Below, piece after piece: positions 47,456 to 57,112 of a DNA stretch of 64,000 nucleotides (the first letter of the stretch is position 1; every line of letters starts with the position of its first letter). The stretch lies in contig CBFGIT010000002.1 of assembly GCA_965648905.1 (NCBI GenBank), positions 32,001 through 96,000 on the forward strand, in the 5' to 3' direction. Source of the stretch: a candidate division WOR-3 bacterium (GTDB lineage Bacteria; Hydrothermota; Tepidihabitantia; Tepidihabitantales; Tepidihabitantaceae). The notes beneath the pieces were generated by a model. That model was not told where the DNA came from and made no database searches. It saw nothing but the letters and a program-made list of their open reading frames with translations. Made by a program: the position numbers and the translations under genes.

Positions 47456-48634
47456 TCAGACTTTGCAGTCCGAAGGCGGAGCGGTGAGTGCAGCCGGGTC
47501 TTGGGCCCGGGCGATGAAGCGTGCGACCTCGTCTTCGGTGTTGTAGAAGTGAGGCGCTATCCGCAGCATGTTCTCACGCAGGGAGCAGACCATCCCTGCG
47601 GACTTGAGCCAGGCGTGAATCGAGGCAGGGCACGCACCAGGTCTGCGGCAGGTGATGATACCGGCGCTTCTGTCCGGTTCGGCTGGCGTGACGACTTCGA
47701 ACCCAACTGCTTCAAGGCCGGTTCGCAGCAGCGCGGCGAGGTTTCGAACCCGCGCCTCGATGGCGGCGATGCCGACGTCAAGCATCAGTTTCAGCGATTC
47801 ACCTAGACCATAGATGGCCAGGTAGTTCTTGGTTCCTTCTTCCAGCCGACTCGCGCCGGGCTTGAGCGGCTTGCGGCTGAAGATGTCGTTGAAGTCGTCC
47901 CATCGGGCTGAGAGCCAGCCGAGGTTGAAGGGCCTGAGTCGAGGCAGCAGGTCTCTGTCCACGTAGATGAACCCGGAACCCTGGGGTGAGAACAGCCACT
48001 TGGCACCGTGGGACACGAGGAAGTCGGGCTTGACTCTGGACCAGTCCAGGTCAACTGCACCAAGTCCTTGAATTGCGTCAATCAGGGTCAGGACGCCCTG
48101 TGTCCGGCAGAACCGACAGATTGAGGCGACGTCGAACCGGCGACCGGTAAGGAAGTGGACCCAAGAGACCGCGACAAGCCGCGTTCGGCGGTCGATAAGG
48201 CGGAAGAGAGTGTCCGGGGCCTGAACCAGCGCCTCGCTTGTGACCGTGCGCTGCTCGACCCGAGGCAGCAGATAGGAGAAGGGATAAGTGACGGTTGGGA
48301 AGTCATCGGCCAGAAGGACGACATTGTCGCCCGGCTGCCATTCGATTGAGCCGATGGCGATTATGACGCCGGCTGAGGTGTTCTTGGTGAAGGCGACGTC
48401 GGCCGGGTCCACGTGGAGGAGCCGGGCCAGATTCGACCGGGTCTGTTCGGCCACGGCTTCGGCCTCAGCGTAGGGAACCTGGCCGGTCTCGGCCTGCTTG
48501 CGACAGAAGCGGTTGATTGCCTCAACCGCGGAAAGAGGCAGCGGGCCGGTCGCAGCGTGGTCAAAGTAGACGAGGTGCTCGGTGATTGGGAACAGTCGCC
48601 GTACTTCGCTGATGCTGGCAGTTCCTCTAGACAT
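47456..48634 (-). CDS. Aminotransferase class V PLP enzyme (cysteine desulfurase-like)
   Basis: YFDHAATGP, DAIQGLG, HGAKWLFSPQG (PLP Lys), EEGT and RIAPHFYN. Confidence 0.9.
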   Translation of the reverse strand: MSRGTASISEVRRLFPITEHLVYFDHAATGPLPLSAVEAINRFCRKQAETGQVPYAEAEAVAEQTRSNLARLLHVDPADVAFTKNTSAGVIIAIGSIEWQPGDNVVLLADDFPTVTYPFSYLLPRVEQRTVTSEALVQAPDTLFRLIDRRTRLVAVSWVHFLTGRRFDVASICRFCRTQGVLTLIDAIQGLGAVDLDWSRVKPDFLVSHGAKWLFSPQGSGFIYVDRDLLPRLRPFNLGWLSARWDDFNDIFSRKPLKPGASRLEEGTKNYLAIYGLGESLKLMLDVGIAAIEARVRNLAALLRTGLEAVGFEVVTPAEPDRSAGIITCRRPGACPASIHAWLKSAGMVCSLRENMLRIAPHFYNTEDEVARFIARAQDPAALTAPPSDCKV

Positions 48635-48672
48635 GTTCAGTCAGGGCAGGAAGCCACTTCCACACCATACCA

Positions 48673-50415
48673 TCACTGCTCGAGGATGCGGAACTCGGTG
48701 CGTCGGTTCCTGGCCATGCCTTCGGGCGAGTCGTTGGGCGCAATCGGCTGGGTGTCGGCATAGCCGTTGGCGGTCAACCGCCCGGGCGCGATGCCGCACT
48801 TCTCCACAAGATATTCGCGCACCGCCTCGGCCCGGGCTCGGGAAAGCTCCCAGTTGGACGGAAACTCACGGGTGTTGATTTCGCGCGGGTCAGTGTGGCC
48901 GGCCAGTTCGACCTTGATGTCAGGGGTCTGCTTCAGGATTTGTCCGGCACGGTCGAGCACTGCGACAAACTGGGGCAGGATATCGGCCTTGCCGGTCTCG
49001 AAGTTGACACCTTCGAGCACAATGGTCATCCGCTTCTTCACCAGATAGAAGTCGCGCTCGGTTGTCCGGCCGGTTTCAACCCGGAGTGTGCAGGCCTGGG
49101 GGATGTAGTCTTCACTCGGCCCGGTGACGCCGACCCGATACTCGCCCGCGGGCAGATTGCGGAACCGGAACCGGCCCGAATCGCCGACCGCCTGCTCGCC
49201 GAAAGCCACGCCGCGATGGGCGATGCGGCCGGCCAGAGGCTGGCGCGTGGCCGCATCAAAGATGCCGCCCCTGAGCTCGCCATACTTCACCCGCTCCATG
49301 GCAATGACCAGGCGTTGCTCGCTTCGCCCGAGCACGGCCAGGGTGTCTTCCTTCGGAACATAGCCGGCAAGAATCGCCCGCGTGAACAAGCTGCCGGGTG
49401 CGAGGCGTTCAAGACGCAACTCTCCGGCAGTGGCGACCGTGTCCTTGAGCCCACGCACAACCAGATACGGCACGAGCGGTTGCCTGGTTTCGGCATCGAC
49501 GACCTGGACCAGCACCGCGCCGAGCCGCTCGACCGGTGCCCGGCTGAGCGTTGCCGACAGGCCGATGCGATGGGTCAGGCCGAGCTGACCATAAGGGACA
49601 ACCGCGTAGTCCAGACCGAAATTCTGATACCTGACACCCAGCCCCGCGGTCAGTCCGGCAAGACCACCCAGGGTTGAGAGGTCCTCGGGCCCGGTGCGAT
49701 ACCCGAGGCGCAGGCAGAATTCCTTGATGGGCGCGTACTCGACACCGGCTCTCAGGTTGACCGAGTTGTCAAACGGGACGACCACGTCGAGCAGGCCGGT
49801 GACACCGCGTACCGAGTAGCTCGCCCCGGCCGCAAGCTCGGTCGGCAGCTTTTCCGGGCCGCCGGGGAACGACATCGTGCCCAGATTCCGGACCGCGAAT
49901 CCAAACCCAAGTCCGGGACCAGGCCGCATCAGCCCGCCGAGGTCGACTGCTGCGCCGAAACCACGGGCAATGTTCAGGTCTTCGACCAGACCTTTGACTG
50001 CTGCGCCGACCTGATAGCGGTCAAACAAGGTCACGCCGTAGGCAGCAGTGAGCAGGCCGTTCCAGGTCGAGAACGTGTCGCCGGGCAGATTCTCATTGCT
50101 CCAGCGCTCAATGCCCGGCTCACCTGAGTAGACAAGACCGAAGCCGAGGATGCCGGGCCCGGCCGGCAGGGCCGCATGCCCGACTTCATCGGTCGCGTCC
50201 GCAAACCACTGGTGGTGAGAGAGCGCGATGTGATAGTCGACCAGCCCGGCCAGCCCGGCCGGGTTCCAGTACACCGAGCTGGCATCATCGGCCAGGCCGG
50301 TGAACGACTCGCCCAATGCCGCAGCGCGCGGGCCCTGGCCGATTTTCAGGACCGGCAGAGCCGAAGTGCCGACTGAGTTCGACGAGAGGAGCAGAAGAAG
50401 AACAGCCGCGGTCAT
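48673..50415 (-). CDS. PorV/PorQ-like outer-membrane barrel fused to Ig-like linkers and an OmpA C-terminal domain
   Basis: LKIGQGPRAAALGE...DASSVYWNPAGL, LRLGY, DYA.VPYG.LG.THRI; then NFETGKA, GHTD, LSRARA, GYAD..P and RNRRTE. Confidence 0.85.
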   Translation of the reverse strand: MTAAVLLLLLSSNSVGTSALPVLKIGQGPRAAALGESFTGLADDASSVYWNPAGLAGLVDYHIALSHHQWFADATDEVGHAALPAGPGILGFGLVYSGEPGIERWSNENLPGDTFSTWNGLLTAAYGVTLFDRYQVGAAVKGLVEDLNIARGFGAAVDLGGLMRPGPGLGFGFAVRNLGTMSFPGGPEKLPTELAAGASYSVRGVTGLLDVVVPFDNSVNLRAGVEYAPIKEFCLRLGYRTGPEDLSTLGGLAGLTAGLGVRYQNFGLDYAVVPYGQLGLTHRIGLSATLSRAPVERLGAVLVQVVDAETRQPLVPYLVVRGLKDTVATAGELRLERLAPGSLFTRAILAGYVPKEDTLAVLGRSEQRLVIAMERVKYGELRGGIFDAATRQPLAGRIAHRGVAFGEQAVGDSGRFRFRNLPAGEYRVGVTGPSEDYIPQACTLRVETGRTTERDFYLVKKRMTIVLEGVNFETGKADILPQFVAVLDRAGQILKQTPDIKVELAGHTDPREINTREFPSNWELSRARAEAVREYLVEKCGIAPGRLTANGYADTQPIAPNDSPEGMARNRRTEFRILEQ

Positions 50416-50418
50416 CGG

Positions 50419-53400
50419 TTACTGCCTTACAACTACAAGCTTCTTGGTCACTCGGTTGACTGAGTTCCCGCCTGAGTAATCGAGCACGTAGCGGTAGGTG
50501 CCGGACGCGACCCGCCGACCCGAGTCATTCCGACCGCTCCAGTTGATGAGCACCACCCCGGGCAGCACGCCTGCGTTCTCGCGCAGGCGGCTGATGCGCT
50601 CGCCTGCGCGGTTGTAAATGGTCAGGGTGATGCGGCCGGTGTCGGGTATGCCGATGACGAACGTGGTCGAGTCGGTCAAGGGGTTGGGGAAGTTATGGAC
50701 CGCCAGATTCGGCACCAGGGTCAGTGTCAGCAGCGCGGAATCGGTCACTAACGGGTCTTCGGCAACAACTCCCCGGATGATGAAGGCATGGACTGACGTG
50801 GTGTCAATGGCACCGGACAGTTCTTGAGCCGGGGCATCGACGCGCAACACAAAGGGACAAGCCTGGTTCGGAGCGAGGAACCCGAGGCTCGCAACCGGTG
50901 TCGACTCGAGTGAGTCGAGCAGGGCCGCGCTCCAGCCGGGCGGGGCTGTGACCGGGTTGAGTTCAACGGTTGCTCCGGCCGTGCCGACGACCGTCGCAGC
51001 AAATCGATACGACCGTTGCTCGCCCGACACTATCCGGCCGCTTGTGTCCGGCTCGATGACCAAGACGTAAGGCTGTCTGACCTCGAGCTCCAGTTCTTTC
51101 TTGTCGTTGGTCGGGTCCTCGTCGCCGGCCAGTCGGGTGGAGCAGCCTGCCGTGAACCGGCCCTGCATCGCAACCCAGGTCGGAAACGCCACCTCAACGG
51201 CCGAATCAGGCAGCAGCGAAGTGCTGACGTTCACGGTTCGGTCGTAGACCGTGCCGATGCGGAATCGGACATCAAAGTACTTCTCGGTCCTGGTCCCGTA
51301 GTTGCGAACAAGCACTCTGGGCCGCACCGTGTCCTGACCGCGCAAAGGGCTGGTTGGTGCGATTATCTTCTCGGTGCCGACATCGTGGCGGGTCCGGGTC
51401 TGGACCACGACCCAGGCCCGGGCCGTATCGTTGGCCGGGTTTGAGTCGCCGACGAGCGCGGTGAAACAGACCACGTTCAGGGTGTCAATCGGCTGCGCGG
51501 TCCAGGCAGGAAAGTAGAGCGTGTCGAACCGGCCCGAGGCCAGGGTCTCGGACACGGTGGCCGAGTAGTCAGCGCCGATGCGCATCGTCACGGGAAAGAT
51601 GCCTTCAACCGGGCCGTAGTTGCGCACGACCGCGGCGGGAAACACCGTGACGCCCGAATCGACAAACCCGGTCGGCGCAAGAATCAGCAGCGCGCTTACG
51701 TCCGGCACCGGCAACCGCAGGACATGGACCGAGTCAACCAGCGTGTCGTTGTGCCGGTTGCCGTCGTTGGCAAGCTCGGTGTAACAGGTAATCAGGACCC
51801 GACCGACGGTCCGGGCGGTCCAGTCCGGAAACGTCAGGGTGTCCTGCTGGCCAGGCTCGAGCGAATCGGTCAGGGTGGCCTGGTAGTCTGGGCCGATGAC
51901 GAGCGTCACCGGAAACCGTGCCGGCACCACGCCGAAGTTTCCGACAATCACGACCGGCGCGAGGACCGTGCCCGAGTCAACGCGGGGGCCGGGTGCCAGC
52001 AGTTGCACCGGGCCCACGTCAGGCCTGGGCGGCGGCTTGACGTAGACCGGAGTGCTGATTGTGTCGTTGTGCCGGTTCGCATCACCGGCCAGACTGGTGT
52101 AACAGGTAACAACCTGGGCCCCGGTGTCGACCGCAACCCAGACCGGGAACTCGAGCGTGTCGACTGCGCCCCGGGCCAGACTAACCTCGACCGCTTCCAG
52201 ATACCCGGTGCCGATGGCGACCGAGACCGGGAAGACCGCGGCCCGGTTGCCAAAGTTCTGGACCACGACACGTGGGACAATTGCGACTCCAGAGTCGACC
52301 GTATCGACCGGCGCGACAATCGCAGTCGGGCCGACGTCAAGAAAAGGCAGGGACTCGTAGTCAACCCGTACCGAAAAGAGCATCGGCAGGACCGCAGGTG
52401 ACGCATAGCCCAGTATGCTGCGATACTGGCAATAGCGCGACGCAAGCGAATCAGGCAGGGATTCACCGTTGGTAACTGCCAGCCATGTGCTCCAGTTGGT
52501 GTCCGGCACCGGACTCGGGCCGGTTCGAAACGCCATGTCGTTGGTCGTAATCCCGGGCAGCGAGTCGTCCCAGCTCAAGGTGTGCCAGAGCACCTCGACG
52601 CCGGCATCGAAGACCGATGATACGTAGACTTCCTCGAACCGGCGGTCGTAAGTCGAGCCGAACTCCCGCGCCTGGCCATGATGACTGCGGGCCGCAGGCA
52701 GGGTCTCGATGCGGGTCCAGTCCGGGCCGTAGAGCACAAGGCTGGGCCGAGCCCGGTTGTGGTCAAGGACAAGGAGGTCCATCGCGCCGTCCTGGTCAAA
52801 GTCGGCCAGGAGTCCGCCCGAGGCATTGACCGCGGTTGAACCGACAAGCCCGGTGCGGTCGTCACTGAAATGGGGCACGACCGTGGTGTCGTTGTAATAG
52901 ACCAGCGGCACCATCGTCGTGTCGGACGAGAAGTCACCCCGGAACAGCAACAGGTCAAGGGTCGAGTCGGCATCAAAGTAGCCGGCCGTGCTGCCGCCGT
53001 AGCTCGAACCGGGCCGGACAATCTCGCGGTTGTCGACCGTGAAGCCGGAGTCGCTGCCGTAGTAGATGAAAGTCGTCACCATCGTGTCGTACCCGGAGAA
53101 AACGAGGTCGAGCCAGCCGTCAGCGTTGAAGTCCGCGGTGGTGATGCCGTGCGGACTGCGCTCAGACAGCGGCAGCCAGTCAACGCGGCGAATGGTCCGG
53201 TTCGCCCTCATGTAGATGACCGCGCTCTGCAGCGAGGTCCAAGAGACTGCGGCAACGTCAGGCCAGCCGTCCCGGTCAAAGTCCGCGACCTCGAGATTGT
53301 GCCCGACCTTGCCGTATAAAGTGAAGACCGTGCGGTTGCTGCTCGAAAAGCCGCTGTCTGAACCCCAGAACACGCAGACCGTGCTGCTGTCCGTGGTTGC

Positions 53401-53895
53401 CAGGATGTCGAGGTAGGTGTCGCGGTCGAAATCGGAGACCATCACTGCCTCGCTCTTGCCGCCGGTACGCAGCCAGGTCGTGTCATCGGGCGACGGGCCT
53501 GAACTCGTGCCCCAGTAGACGACAACATGACGCGAGTGCCAGGCCGCGTGAACCAGGTCGGTGTAGCCGTCACAGTCAAGGTCGGCCAGGTCCACGCCGC
53601 CGCCACCGGTAATCGAGTACAGTCGGCGGCGAGTCGAATCAAACCCGGTCGGTGAGTTGAAGTAGACCCGCAGATATGGCCCGGAATCGTCCGGGCAGAC
53701 CACGTCCGCAAGACCGTCATGATTCAGGTCTGCGCGCGGGATGAACTCAACCGCGCCGCCGGCCCGGCGCGATGAATAGAGGTTGTCGGTGAAACTGCCG
53801 TCCTGGAAGTCGGACCCAGTTGTCTCGACCCAGGTGAGTGCGAATCCGATCGATACCAGGCTGAGAAGCAGGGCTGCGGTCAGCCTCACTGCCAA
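50419..53895 (-). CDS. Secreted FG-GAP repeat protein with four CARDB-like domains and FlgD/T9SS-like tail
   Basis: DLNHDG/DFDRDG repeats, DVG...NDT repeats, tail HNFPNP...WSGRNDSG..VASGTY. Confidence 0.85.
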   Translation of the reverse strand: MAVRLTAALLLSLVSIGFALTWVETTGSDFQDGSFTDNLYSSRRAGGAVEFIPRADLNHDGLADVVCPDDSGPYLRVYFNSPTGFDSTRRRLYSITGGGGVDLADLDCDGYTDLVHAAWHSRHVVVYWGTSSGPSPDDTTWLRTGGKSEAVMVSDFDRDTYLDILATTDSSTVCVFWGSDSGFSSSNRTVFTLYGKVGHNLEVADFDRDGWPDVAAVSWTSLQSAVIYMRANRTIRRVDWLPLSERSPHGITTADFNADGWLDLVFSGYDTMVTTFIYYGSDSGFTVDNREIVRPGSSYGGSTAGYFDADSTLDLLLFRGDFSSDTTMVPLVYYNDTTVVPHFSDDRTGLVGSTAVNASGGLLADFDQDGAMDLLVLDHNRARPSLVLYGPDWTRIETLPAARSHHGQAREFGSTYDRRFEEVYVSSVFDAGVEVLWHTLSWDDSLPGITTNDMAFRTGPSPVPDTNWSTWLAVTNGESLPDSLASRYCQYRSILGYASPAVLPMLFSVRVDYESLPFLDVGPTAIVAPVDTVDSGVAIVPRVVVQNFGNRAAVFPVSVAIGTGYLEAVEVSLARGAVDTLEFPVWVAVDTGAQVVTCYTSLAGDANRHNDTISTPVYVKPPPRPDVGPVQLLAPGPRVDSGTVLAPVVIVGNFGVVPARFPVTLVIGPDYQATLTDSLEPGQQDTLTFPDWTARTVGRVLITCYTELANDGNRHNDTLVDSVHVLRLPVPDVSALLILAPTGFVDSGVTVFPAAVVRNYGPVEGIFPVTMRIGADYSATVSETLASGRFDTLYFPAWTAQPIDTLNVVCFTALVGDSNPANDTARAWVVVQTRTRHDVGTEKIIAPTSPLRGQDTVRPRVLVRNYGTRTEKYFDVRFRIGTVYDRTVNVSTSLLPDSAVEVAFPTWVAMQGRFTAGCSTRLAGDEDPTNDKKELELEVRQPYVLVIEPDTSGRIVSGEQRSYRFAATVVGTAGATVELNPVTAPPGWSAALLDSLESTPVASLGFLAPNQACPFVLRVDAPAQELSGAIDTTSVHAFIIRGVVAEDPLVTDSALLTLTLVPNLAVHNFPNPLTDSTTFVIGIPDTGRITLTIYNRAGERISRLRENAGVLPGVVLINWSGRNDSGRRVASGTYRYVLDYSGGNSVNRVTKKLVVVRQ

Positions 53896-54098
53896 CCTCG
53901 TCGCTGCGACCGGGCGGAGATCACATTAGGAGTCTAGCGGCTCCCGTGCGCCTGGCAAGTTCAGGCCGCGTGACTCCGGGCTGCTCTCGTGCACGGCCAG
54001 GCAGAAACCAGGGGATGAGGAACTCAAACTCAAGCGAAGGATTGCCATCCGGTTTTGGCCGGGGAAACCAGTGGTTGTACCTTCGGATCGGAAACGCT

Positions 54099-55949
54099 TC
54101 AGTCGCTCGCGGTCAGTATCAGCTTTCTGCTGATGAGTGTAGCCCCGCCTTGCAGCCGCAAGAAAAACACGCTGGAGGAGAGACTTGAGGAACGAAGAGG
54201 GACAGAGTAGGAACCGGGTGCATGTGGGCCGGAGGCCAACTCGGCGATGACGCGGCCGGTCGCGTCGAATAAGGATAGGCTGACATCGGAAGCGACCGGC
54301 ACGTCGTAGCAGACGACCGCTCTGCCCGCAGTCGGGTTCGGGCTGACAGACAAGGCCCAACCACGGACCGGATGCAGACGGGCTTCCTCCACACCGCTCG
54401 GCCGAATCGTAAACGGCCGGTCGCATTCGTCGTACTGCCAGCCCGGGCCGTAGGCGACAGCCATCACCCGGGCCGACTCAGCCCGGATGTCAGGTACGAC
54501 CCAGAGGCAGGGAGTATCGGTCGGCGCCAGCCCATGCGCAATCGTGTCCAGCCGGTATGTCGAGTCCCGGCGCAAGAACAGCGACACCGAATCGCACCGC
54601 GGCGGCGTGAAAGTCTGCCACGAGACCCTGCAGGTCTCGCCGGCCTGGAAAACCTCGCCGCCCGCAGGCCGCAGCACCTTGACCGCCTCGACCTCAAAGA
54701 CCGATATCTTGCCATCGCCCATGGCCACGATGTCTTGATAGCCGTCGTAATTCACGTCCGCGATGTTCACGTTCAGGTCGGCAGGCGTCGAATGATGGTC
54801 GTTAACCCAGGTCCACTCACGTTGGAACTGGTTCACCCCGCTGGCTTTGATGACACCCAGCGCCCTGACCACACTCCAGACAATCTCCTGGACGCTGTCC
54901 CCATCCAGGTCTGCGCACATGCTCCGCCCGAGTGAGTTCATCCTGACCGAGGATACCCAGACCAAATCGACCAGAACCCGCTCGTACTGGTTGTCCCCGG
55001 TTGCCTGCCAACAGAACAGCCGGTTCAGCCAGGTGCCGCCCAAGTAGGTGGCGAACGCCATGAAGAACTCAGGTCTACCGTCCTGGTCAACGTCGTTGCC
55101 CGCGAAGACATCAACCCCGCCGTTCGGGAGTCCCGTCTCTTCGTACCAAACGCGCTGGTATCGGTCATTGCCCTGGCACTCCCTGACGCCGACTGGGCCG
55201 GACGAGTATATCATTCCGCCGATGAACTCACGCTTGCCGTCTGAATCGAAGTCGCCATAAGTTGTACGCGGGCAGGCACAGTTCTGCGGAGGACGCCATG
55301 CCACCCGGACTGCGTTGTTCCCGGTGCACTCCAGAATGAGGTTCGAGGGCGTGTCATCCTGGGCGGTCAACAGGTCGCTCAGGCTGTCGCCGTCCAGGTC
55401 GCCCGGCAATTGCACGGCCATCATCGTGGCGCTGCCGGGCGAAATGTCGAACGTCCATGCCAATTCGGTCGGCATCCCTGCGGGGTCAGGCTGTTCCATG
55501 CTGCATAGAATGGACCTGCAGGTCGAACCCACCCAGATCCAGTTGTAGCCGACAAGTTCCATCAGTCCGTCGCCGTCAAAGTCCCCGAAGTCACCGGGGT
55601 GGAAATAGCCAGGCCAGATCCCGGGCGGCGGTGGGTACACGATCGTATCGGCGTGCAGAATCGTCCAGCGGTTGTACGGCAGGAACCTACCTATCTCCCA
55701 GCGGGGCGGGCTGGTGAGCATACTGTCAATGTGCCCAGCGTAGTACGCCATCTCCAATCTGCCGTCGTGGTCAACATCAGTCATGGGATGGTAGTCGATG
55801 TCGTTTGCGTAGTAGGCGCAAGGCGCACGGCAGGATACGCGTTTCAGTCTCAACTCGGCCGGAATGACCCGCGGCGTGGCTAACGCCACGAGGAGAGCCA
55901 CAAGAAGGGGGAGGGAGGAACTCCCTCCCCCGCTGAACTGAGCGCTCAC
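54099..55949 (-). CDS. Secreted FG-GAP-like repeat protein with T9SS-like tail
   Basis: DFDGDG/DLDGD/DVDQDG repeats; tail SPNP...FDATGR...VFFLRL...RKLIL. Confidence 0.82.
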   Translation of the reverse strand: MSAQFSGGGSSSLPLLVALLVALATPRVIPAELRLKRVSCRAPCAYYANDIDYHPMTDVDHDGRLEMAYYAGHIDSMLTSPPRWEIGRFLPYNRWTILHADTIVYPPPPGIWPGYFHPGDFGDFDGDGLMELVGYNWIWVGSTCRSILCSMEQPDPAGMPTELAWTFDISPGSATMMAVQLPGDLDGDSLSDLLTAQDDTPSNLILECTGNNAVRVAWRPPQNCACPRTTYGDFDSDGKREFIGGMIYSSGPVGVRECQGNDRYQRVWYEETGLPNGGVDVFAGNDVDQDGRPEFFMAFATYLGGTWLNRLFCWQATGDNQYERVLVDLVWVSSVRMNSLGRSMCADLDGDSVQEIVWSVVRALGVIKASGVNQFQREWTWVNDHHSTPADLNVNIADVNYDGYQDIVAMGDGKISVFEVEAVKVLRPAGGEVFQAGETCRVSWQTFTPPRCDSVSLFLRRDSTYRLDTIAHGLAPTDTPCLWVVPDIRAESARVMAVAYGPGWQYDECDRPFTIRPSGVEEARLHPVRGWALSVSPNPTAGRAVVCYDVPVASDVSLSLFDATGRVIAELASGPHAPGSYSVPLRSSSLSSSVFFLRLQGGATLISRKLILTASD

Positions 55950-56629
55950 CTGCGCACCAGCTTCAGGCCGGCGGCACTGATGCCGTTGCCAACCGTGCAG
56001 TAGTAGACTCCAGGTGGCACGAGAAGACCCTGGCGGTCGCGACCGTCCCAGGTGACGACGGAGCCGGCCGGCGCAGCTTCGAGCGTGAGCTCGCGTACCA
56101 GCCGGCCGGTAACATCTACTTCTGGGCTGACAGGTGACGTAGTGCTGAGGGCCGAAGACGGTGCTCGATAAAAGTCGCCATAGCCGCCACCGCCTTTGTA
56201 CCAGTCATCGTCGCCGGGCAGCGGCGGGCGAGTGCGCGCCACCGAGAGCTGGAGATGCACGACGTCCCAGTCGAGCGCGAGGAACGTCGCCCATAGGTGG
56301 TCGTCAGGCGACACGTTGATAGAAGGGTTGCCCCTGCAGAACGGGTATTGGGCGGGTAGGTCGATCGCCCCTCGCCACGACGCGCCGTCGTCTTGCGAGT
56401 AATCGTACCAGACCCCAGCTCTGTTCCAGACAGCATGTACGCAGTGGTCGGCTGATGGCCCTGCCACGTCAGGAACAACCTGCAGCATATGGCTCGTCGA
56501 GAATCGGGTCGCCTGCTCTGGGTATACCGGCCAGCGCATGTCCTCGGCCGATGCTGTGGTCCAGGCAAGTGCGAGCAGAAGTGCGCCAACCACCGTCACG
56601 GTCATTGTGAAGCCATTCGATTTCATCAT
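55946..56629 (-). CDS. Short secreted protein, probably internally deleted
   Basis: GAGGAGG RBS, signal peptide, SQDDGASW Asp-box, abrupt jump to DVTGRLVREL...WDGRD...GVYYC. Confidence 0.65.
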   Translation of the reverse strand: MMKSNGFTMTVTVVGALLLALAWTTASAEDMRWPVYPEQATRFSTSHMLQVVPDVAGPSADHCVHAVWNRAGVWYDYSQDDGASWRGAIDLPAQYPFCRGNPSINVSPDDHLWATFLALDWDVVHLQLSVARTRPPLPGDDDWYKGGGGYGDFYRAPSSALSTTSPVSPEVDVTGRLVRELTLEAAPAGSVVTWDGRDRQGLLVPPGVYYCTVGNGISAAGLKLVRR

Positions 56630-57025
56630 AACCTCCTCGGTTTGAGTGATTGGTTAGGCTTCAGTCGGTCCGTGAAAACCCAACATGCCCCGGAGCTACG
56701 GTCAGCCCCAGGGCGGACTTGGCCTGCTCGGACTTGGCCCGACGGATTGCAGGAACAGGTAAGAGCCAGGGTCGGATATGAACCGCGGGGGGGGAGAACA
56801 GGAGCGGACGCAGTCAGAGAGCAGAATGCAGAGCTGAGGATGTCGGCAACACAACCCGGGCCGCCAATGCGGCAGGGCAGAAATGAGGCGAGATTGTCGC
56901 AAGCCATGCTCATGCTCTGTTCGGCGCCTCCTGCGCCGGGGTTGTAACCAACTGCCCAAAGACAACGGGCCTGAGTAATGATAGGCCGGTGCGCACCGCT
57001 GTCAACAGGCAGACTTCAGCCGGGC

Positions 57026-57112
57026 TTACTGCACCACGACCTTGACCTTGCGCACGATTCCGTGCCCGTCTGCTACCAGCCGCAGGAAGTACACGCCGGA
57101 GGAAAGGACTGG
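57026..57112 (-). pseudogene. Orphan fragment of a T9SS-like C-terminal domain
   Basis: Minus frame reads PVLSSGVYFLRLVADGHGIVRKVKVVVQ-stop, with an in-frame stop about 10 codons upstream. Confidence 0.75.

Noticed and set aside
56626..56913. 95-aa leader ORF upstream of the 56629 gene
   Set aside because: Low-complexity, repeat-containing sequence with no motif; cannot be distinguished from a long 5' UTR.
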